From: an uncultured Candidatus Saccharibacteria bacterium
GTDB taxonomy: Bacteria; Patescibacteriota; Minisyncoccia; Phycocordibacterales; CAIZLB01
Direction: 5' to 3'
DNA: 64,000 nt
Assembly (NCBI GenBank): GCA_964550955.1
Contig: CAZKAF010000002.1
Location: 9,335-73,334, forward strand
Shown piece by piece: positions 58,542 through 64,000 of the stretch. A program made the position numbers and the translations under genes. The notes under the pieces are model-generated. The model ran no database searches, was not told the origin of the DNA, and saw only the letters and a program-made list of their open reading frames with translations. Position 1 is the first letter of the stretch, and each line of letters opens with the position of its first letter.

Positions 58542-59300
58542 ATGAACCACCTTCTGCAGAATTCAAAAGAGCTTATCAAGAAAGCTATCAGGTACTCCCT
58601 GTCCCCCTTTATCCTCGGAGATTATTACGCATACAAGAAAGTGAGAGGGTCGGACCGCTTCATGGTCAGCCCCGCAGATTTCTACCCGTGCATCAAGGAC
58701 AAGACGATCGCGACCGGATTCGACCGGCATTATGTGTACCACACTTCCTGGGCGGCGCGAGTAGTCAGGGAAATAAACCCCGAATATCATGTGGACATTT
58801 CATCAAGCCTGTTCTTTTGCGGAATAGTCTCCGCATTCGTTCCGGTTCGCTTTTATGACTACCGGCCGGCTGACCTCAGGCTGAGCGGCCTGGAAACGGA
58901 ACGAGCGGACCTGCACGACCTCCAGTTCCCGGATGAAAGCGTCAAGTCGCTCTCATGCATGCATACCCTCGAGCATATCGGCCTCGGCAGATACGGCGAC
59001 CCCATCGATGCCGAAGGCGACCTCAAGGCCATCGAGAGCTTGAAACGAGTGACGGCGAAAGACGGCTCGCTTCTGATAGTAGTCCCTATCGGCAAGCCGA
59101 AAATCGAGTTCAACGCGCATCGCATTTATTCATACGAGCAAATCATTTCATACTTTGCAGACGAAGACATGTACCTTCACGAATTCTCATTTATCCCCGA
59201 ATTCGAAAAAGACGGCGGCCTCGTAAGAAACGCCGATCCGAAAATTTCCGAGAACGAGCACTATGCATGCGGATGTTTTTGGTTTAAAAAGAAAGCGTAG
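58542..59300 (+). CDS. DUF268-family putative sugar O-methyltransferase
   Basis: HTLEHIGLGRYGDPID motif characteristic of DUF268 methyltransferase-fold proteins. Confidence 0.5.
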   Translation: MNHLLQNSKELIKKAIRYSLSPFILGDYYAYKKVRGSDRFMVSPADFYPCIKDKTIATGFDRHYVYHTSWAARVVREINPEYHVDISSSLFFCGIVSAFVPVRFYDYRPADLRLSGLETERADLHDLQFPDESVKSLSCMHTLEHIGLGRYGDPIDAEGDLKAIESLKRVTAKDGSLLIVVPIGKPKIEFNAHRIYSYEQIISYFADEDMYLHEFSFIPEFEKDGGLVRNADPKISENEHYACGCFWFKKKA

Positions 59301-59406
59301 TCTGGTGGCAGCAGTCGAGTCGTGTCGTCGCGACAATCGCGCCGTCGCGTCCAGAACGCATGACAATGGACAAGGTCGGCCCCGAAAGAGCCGGCGTTGA
59401 AAGTTT

Positions 59407-60267
59407 TTACTTAGTGAACAGATAGTCGCATGCCTTTGACTCGACAAGCGAGAATCCTGCGTCCTGAATCAGCCCGATGCATTTGTCACGATTCCTGTCG
59501 CTGATTTCTATCATCATATACGAGCCCGCTGGCATTGCGGCCAGGGTCGCAGTCATGCCTGACAAGACTTCGAACTCGAAGCCCTCCACGTCCATTTTCA
59601 CGAAGTCGATTTCGGATTGGCGCATGTTCTGGTCAAGGCACAGCGCGTCGACGGGCACGGCCTGTACGGTCACGACGGTGTCCCAGACAGCACCGGATTC
59701 CTTGTCCACGATTCTCCCTCCTCCCAAGTGCCGGGTATCGACTTCAAAGGTGACCGGGTCCGCATTATTGCTGACAGCTTTTTGAACGAGGGTGACTTTG
59801 TCTTCGAGATCATTGAGCCCGATATTTGCCTTCAAGACATCAAACGTAATCGGGTTCGCCTCGACGGCAACAGTTCTCTCATAGCCGAATGCCAGCGCGG
59901 CGAGCAGCGAATAGCGTCCGATGTTCGCGCCAATATCCAGCGCGATTCTTTTCTGCTTGGGCATGCCGACCCAGCGCCTCAAATCTGACTCGAAATACGG
60001 AGCGGAGATGGTGAAGCTGTCATTGAACGGCCGTACCAGAAATTTGCCGACGCTGTTTGAAATCACGAATCGCTTGGCCGAATTGTCCAGAAGATGCGCG
60101 ACCGGCGCCGGAAACTTTCGGAGCGCCGACTTGGCAACATTCACGCCATGCGTGAGGAAAAAATAAAATATAAATGAAAGCTTGCCTCCTTTGATGACTT
60201 TGGTCTGGAATGCAGTGTCCCATATCTGGCTGATTTTGTTCAATTTCATGCCCAAATTATATACCAT
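59407..60267 (-). CDS. FkbM-family SAM-dependent methyltransferase (second copy, opposite strand)
   Basis: LDIGANIGRYS and FVKMDVEGFEFEVLSG motifs. Confidence 0.8.
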   Translation of the reverse strand: MVYNLGMKLNKISQIWDTAFQTKVIKGGKLSFIFYFFLTHGVNVAKSALRKFPAPVAHLLDNSAKRFVISNSVGKFLVRPFNDSFTISAPYFESDLRRWVGMPKQKRIALDIGANIGRYSLLAALAFGYERTVAVEANPITFDVLKANIGLNDLEDKVTLVQKAVSNNADPVTFEVDTRHLGGGRIVDKESGAVWDTVVTVQAVPVDALCLDQNMRQSEIDFVKMDVEGFEFEVLSGMTATLAAMPAGSYMMIEISDRNRDKCIGLIQDAGFSLVESKACDYLFTK

Positions 60268-60356
60268 CGAGGGCGTATTGGCAGGCCCGGCAGGCCGTCG
60301 CGCCTGGCCAGCCGTCCGGCTTGACCTCCGCTTTCTTATGCTATGATATTTCCCAT

Positions 60357-61307
60357 ATGATAGTCCTCAAGCTCAAAGCCGGCCTCGGAAACCAGATGTT
60401 TCAATATGCCTATGCAAGAGCCCTCGCGCTTAGAAGCAACGCCGAGCTTGCCTTAGATTTAAGCTGGTTTAACAGCGTATCTGAACGCGACACGAAGCGG
60501 GAGTATGGCTTGCATCATTTCAACATAGGCGCGGACGTCAGGATCAAGGCTGAATTGCCCGGCAAGACCGAGAAAGGATCCGCCGGAAAACTATTTCACA
60601 GAATCTTAAATAAGATGCGCCGACTTGCGCTCAACAGAAGGGATTATGTTTTCTATCCGGCGCTTATCCGTCCGCGGAAACATGCCGTAGTAGAGGGATA
60701 TTGGAATTCCGAAAAGTATTTTAAGGACTTCGCGGACGCGATCAGGGACGAACTTTCCATAAAGGCCCAGCTCGGGCGGGGCGCGATGGCCGCGCATGAA
60801 GAATTGATAAAATTAAAAGAAACAAATGCTCTGACATGCATCCATGTTCGGCGAGGCGACTACGTAAGCAGCAGCCGCGCTTCCGCGCATCACGGCCTGT
60901 CGGGAGTCGAATACTACGAGAAAGCCGTCGAGGTTCTGGTCGAGAAAATGAAAAATCATTCAGCTTCTTCAACAGCCTCAACGGCTTCAAGACCGCTGAT
61001 GTTCATTCTGGCATCGGACGACATCGAATGGACGAAGGAAAACATCGTGCCCTTGCTCCCCGAAGGATCAGCGCACAGGGCGATTTCGAACCCTGCCGAA
61101 ATAAAGGATTACGAGGAAATGCATCTCATGTCTCTGTGCGATCACTTCATAATCGCGAACAGCACGTTCAGCTGGTGGCCGGCATGGCTGTCGGAGAGCG
61201 CGGAAAAGTCAGGACAAGAAAAAATCGTAATCGGACCGAAGCGCTGGATCGCCGATCCGTCCGCAGACACGACAGATGTGATGCCCGAAAGGTGGATTAG
61301 GATTTAA
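60357..61307 (+). CDS. Alpha-1,2-fucosyltransferase (glycosyltransferase family 11). The start is probably MIVLKLK; the ORF is open from 60321.
   Basis: GT11 N-terminal signature IVLKLKAGLGNQMFQYAYARALA, GYWNSEKYF, HVRRGDYV and SDDIEW motifs. Confidence 0.8.
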   Translation: MIVLKLKAGLGNQMFQYAYARALALRSNAELALDLSWFNSVSERDTKREYGLHHFNIGADVRIKAELPGKTEKGSAGKLFHRILNKMRRLALNRRDYVFYPALIRPRKHAVVEGYWNSEKYFKDFADAIRDELSIKAQLGRGAMAAHEELIKLKETNALTCIHVRRGDYVSSSRASAHHGLSGVEYYEKAVEVLVEKMKNHSASSTASTASRPLMFILASDDIEWTKENIVPLLPEGSAHRAISNPAEIKDYEEMHLMSLCDHFIIANSTFSWWPAWLSESAEKSGQEKIVIGPKRWIADPSADTTDVMPERWIRI

Positions 61308-61317
61308 ATAAGCAAAA

Positions 61318-61962
61318 ATGCAAACAGAATACAAAGAAATACTGGGCAATCAAAATATAAAAGGCCTGCTGGTTGATTTTGACAACACGATATACAAATA
61401 CGACCCCTGTCACGACAAGGCAATAAAGGCAGTCCACTCGAACCATTTTTCAGATATTGAATTTGAGGAATTCAACGACTCATACAAAGCCGCCCAGAAA
61501 CAGGTAAAGGCGAGGATACCGAATCAGGCAGCGAGCCATTCGAGACTTCTTTATTTTCAGAACCTGTTAGAAAAAATGGAGGGCAAGAGCAATCCAAAAA
61601 AATCCCTCGTCCTGGAGGACGAATACTGGTCTGCGTTCAGGGAGCAGATGGAAATCGATCCTGAGATAATTGATTTCATCGGACTTTGCCGGAAAAACGG
61701 CCTGAAAATATGCATGGTGACGGACTTGACCGCCTCGGTACAATTCCATAAGATGTGCGCATCAGGGATATCCGAACTCTTCGATTTCATCGTAACTTCA
61801 GAGGAAGCCGGCGCCGAAAAGCCTGGTAAAGCCATATTTCAACTTGCTCTTGAGAAAATGAGGCTTTCAGAGTCAGAAGTCGTCATGATTGGCGACGACG
61901 ACACAAAAGACATATATGGAGCGAACACACTTGGAATTAAAGCATATTCTGTCAAGAATTGA
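61318..61962 (+). CDS. HAD-superfamily hydrolase
   Basis: Motif I LLVDFDNTIY, motif III K, and motif IV IGDDDTKDIYGA. Confidence 0.75.
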   Translation: MQTEYKEILGNQNIKGLLVDFDNTIYKYDPCHDKAIKAVHSNHFSDIEFEEFNDSYKAAQKQVKARIPNQAASHSRLLYFQNLLEKMEGKSNPKKSLVLEDEYWSAFREQMEIDPEIIDFIGLCRKNGLKICMVTDLTASVQFHKMCASGISELFDFIVTSEEAGAEKPGKAIFQLALEKMRLSESEVVMIGDDDTKDIYGANTLGIKAYSVKN

Positions 61963-64000
61963 GGCCACGCTCGCTGCAGGCAAAGAGGCCTTTTTGCCGA
62001 TTTTAAGATCCCCGCTCTTCTTGATTCCTCTTTCGATTAAAATTATCGCGAGCTTTTTCTTTGCATCAGGCGCGGCCGTCGATTCCTTCATTCCTTTCTT
62101 GAAATATTTTGCGCTGGCAAATGTCGCAGACATATATTCGCATGCCGCAACGCTAAATCCGGAAATGCTTTTTCCGTATCCAAACCCGGTGCCGTGGATT
62201 TTTTCAATCGCATACGCGTCAGGATCATTCTTTTTCGGAACGGCGCTGGCTGCAGTGACACATTTGGACCTATTCTTGCTCAGGATACCCGTACTGCTGG
62301 CTGACACGGGCATACTTCTGATATTGGTCGCATGGTTCAAAAATAAGGAAAAAGCATTGCTCGCGCTTTACTGGTGCTCGCCGATTACCTTTTACATAAG
62401 CTACGTGCACGGGCAATTGGACGCAGTTCCCGTGTTTTTCTTATTTTGCTTTCTATACCTTTTCTTCAGGGAAAGAGATTGGGCGGCCCTCTTCTTCTTA
62501 GGACTATCCATTGCTTCAAAAACCGGGATGATCCTTGTCCTCCCTTTCACCTTCCTGTATTTCTTGAGAGAAAGGGGCTTCAGCATCAAGACTCTGTTAA
62601 AAATACTCCTGCCGCCGGCAATATTTCTAATGCTGAACGCGGCGAATCTGCTAAATCCGCATTTCATCGATTCGGCGCTCATCAACCAGCAGCAGCTCAG
62701 GATATTCGATTTAAGAATAATGTTCAACGAGAAAACCGTCTTGTACGTGCTGCCTATCGTATACACGATGCTCCTGTTTAAATTTGCGACGTTCAAGCGT
62801 TACAGCAGGGACCTGTTTATGACTTTTCTCGGATTCAGCTTTTTTACCATCACTCTTTTCATACCACCAATACCAGGGCTGTATTTTTGGATAATCCCTT
62901 TTGCCGTTTATTTCTTCGCGAAGGCGGAGGGCAGGCAAAGAACGCTGTACCACCTGCTTTCTTTTGCATATTTTCTCTTCTTCATCATGACGCAAGACTC
63001 GGACCTGATCGAATCCTTTCGTCCGTTCGCCGAATCCGATATTGAGAACGTTTATGCCTTCATGGAGGCAAATTGGTCTTCACCCGCAATCATAAGCAAC
63101 CTGTCATTCACCTTTTTGCAGGGAGTATTGCTCGCAAACATATATTGGATTTCAAAGAAAGGCATAGAGCAGTATACGAGATACAAGATGCACTATAAGC
63201 CATTCTTGATCGGGGTTGCCGGAGATTCCGGAAGCGGAAAGAGCACTTTTGCGGACCTGATGGTTGACATATTTGCCCAAAAGCACGTTTCCGTAATTGC
63301 GGGAGATGATATGCACAAATGGGAACGCGGCGATGAAAAATGGACAAGGTACACCCACCTTGACCCTCAGGCCAATGAGCTGCATTCAGAGATAAACTGC
63401 CTCTACAAGCTGAGAGACGGGTCTTCCATCATCAGGCGCAATTATGACCATGCTTCCGGAAAGTTCGCATTGCCCAAGGTGCATGATTCGAAGAGGCTGG
63501 TTATCTTCGAAGGCCTTCATTCATTATTTTTGGAAAAAGCCAGGGAGATATTCGACCTCAAGGTATTTATCTCGCCGGAAGAGCAGCTGAAATTGCACTG
63601 GAAAATCATGCGGGACCAGGCAAAGAGAGGCTACACGAAAGAAGCGGTTTTGGAGCAGGTCAAATCGAGGCAAGGCGATGTCGAAAAATACATCAACGTG
63701 CAGGAAAAGCATTCCGACATATCGATTTCGCTAAAAAATACTTTTGATTTGGGCGACCGCATCGGCAATCAGGATGTCGAATTATGCCTGTATCTTGAGA
63801 TTGGCTGCACGAACAATGTCAATCTGGCCCCGCTGCTGGAAGAGCTCTCGGCTCACTTGGACACGGATTTCAAGGTAAATGATGAAAGGCAGACAATGAA
63901 ATTTTCAGGCAATATTGACCGGGAATCCCTTGACAGGATTTCAAGAATTGCGGTTCCAGAATTAGACGAAATCGGAATCAGCCAAAGAAAGTGGAGCGAC
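61916..64000 (+). CDS. 3'-partial ORF that continues past the window end: polytopic membrane domain fused to a phosphoribulokinase/uridine-kinase-family P-loop domain. Not present in the supplied ORF track.
   Basis: Hand translation of the frame with codon starts congruent to 2 mod 3. It is open from the stop at 61886 to nt 64000. The first ATG is at 61916 (overlapping the HAD gene by 47 nt); another ATG is at 62165. The first roughly 330 aa form about 10 hydrophobic helices. Then comes the Walker A KPFLIGVAGDSGSGKSTFADLM (compare PRK VIIGVAADSGCGKST and Udk IGIAGGSGSGKTT), followed by ISPEEQLKLHWKIMRD. The start is uncertain. Confidence 0.6.
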   Translation, partial: MERTHLELKHILSRIEATLAAGKEAFLPILRSPLFLIPLSIKIIASFFFASGAAVDSFIPFLKYFALANVADIYSHAATLNPEMLFPYPNPVPWIFSIAYASGSFFFGTALAAVTHLDLFLLRIPVLLADTGILLILVAWFKNKEKALLALYWCSPITFYISYVHGQLDAVPVFFLFCFLYLFFRERDWAALFFLGLSIASKTGMILVLPFTFLYFLRERGFSIKTLLKILLPPAIFLMLNAANLLNPHFIDSALINQQQLRIFDLRIMFNEKTVLYVLPIVYTMLLFKFATFKRYSRDLFMTFLGFSFFTITLFIPPIPGLYFWIIPFAVYFFAKAEGRQRTLYHLLSFAYFLFFIMTQDSDLIESFRPFAESDIENVYAFMEANWSSPAIISNLSFTFLQGVLLANIYWISKKGIEQYTRYKMHYKPFLIGVAGDSGSGKSTFADLMVDIFAQKHVSVIAGDDMHKWERGDEKWTRYTHLDPQANELHSEINCLYKLRDGSSIIRRNYDHASGKFALPKVHDSKRLVIFEGLHSLFLEKAREIFDLKVFISPEEQLKLHWKIMRDQAKRGYTKEAVLEQVKSRQGDVEKYINVQEKHSDISISLKNTFDLGDRIGNQDVELCLYLEIGCTNNVNLAPLLEELSAHLDTDFKVNDERQTMKFSGNIDRESLDRISRIAVPELDEIGISQRKWSD

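Noticed and set aside
1-64000. Search for rRNA genes, integrases, transposases and IS elements
   Set aside because: No ORF showed DDE or tyrosine-recombinase motifs, and no long structured non-coding region consistent with rRNA was seen. The only structured RNA recognised is tRNA-Thr.

Overview
This 64-kb window looks like a gene-dense, streamlined bacterial chromosome segment. Gene content suggests a CPR/Patescibacteria-like organism, but that is inference, not proven. The window contains four kinds of content. (1) Core translation and secretion genes: rpsB-tsf, prfA, rpmE, rplY, gatB, obg, secG, secA, rnj and tRNA-Thr. (2) A small pentose-phosphate/glycolysis cluster: split transketolase, rpe, rpiB, gap, a PfkB-family sugar kinase and an FAD-linked oxidase. 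(3) A roughly 12-kb same-strand surface-protein locus at 17.5-29.5 kb. In transcription order it encodes two paralogous Thr/Ser-rich secreted proteins flanking a CscA/DUF916-like anchored protein, then an FN3-domain protein, then a 2558-aa giant protein. The giant protein carries tail-fibre-like GNVGIGTTTP repeats, LVIVD-type repeats and a C-terminal endosialidase-type intramolecular-chaperone domain. A 12-nt poly-C tract and a 10-bp inverted repeat sit in the promoter region of this locus. (4) A glycan-assembly locus of more than 19 kb at 44.3-64 kb: gmd/fcl, a Wzy_C/PglL-like ligase-TPR fusion, a Wzx flippase, five glycosyltransferase-like genes including a GT11 alpha-1,2-fucosyltransferase, four methyltransferase domains, a HAD hydrolase, and a final membrane-domain-plus-PRK/uridine-kinase-like fusion ORF that runs off the window end and is absent from the ORF track. 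The window also holds two type IV pilin-like genes, a DUF4258/DUF2283 toxin-antitoxin-like pair, coiled-coil secreted proteins (one with a lytic transglycosylase domain, one with Cys/Asp-rich Ca-binding-like repeats), several Rho-independent terminators and a 34-bp perfect palindrome. No rRNA, CRISPR array or obvious transposase was seen.
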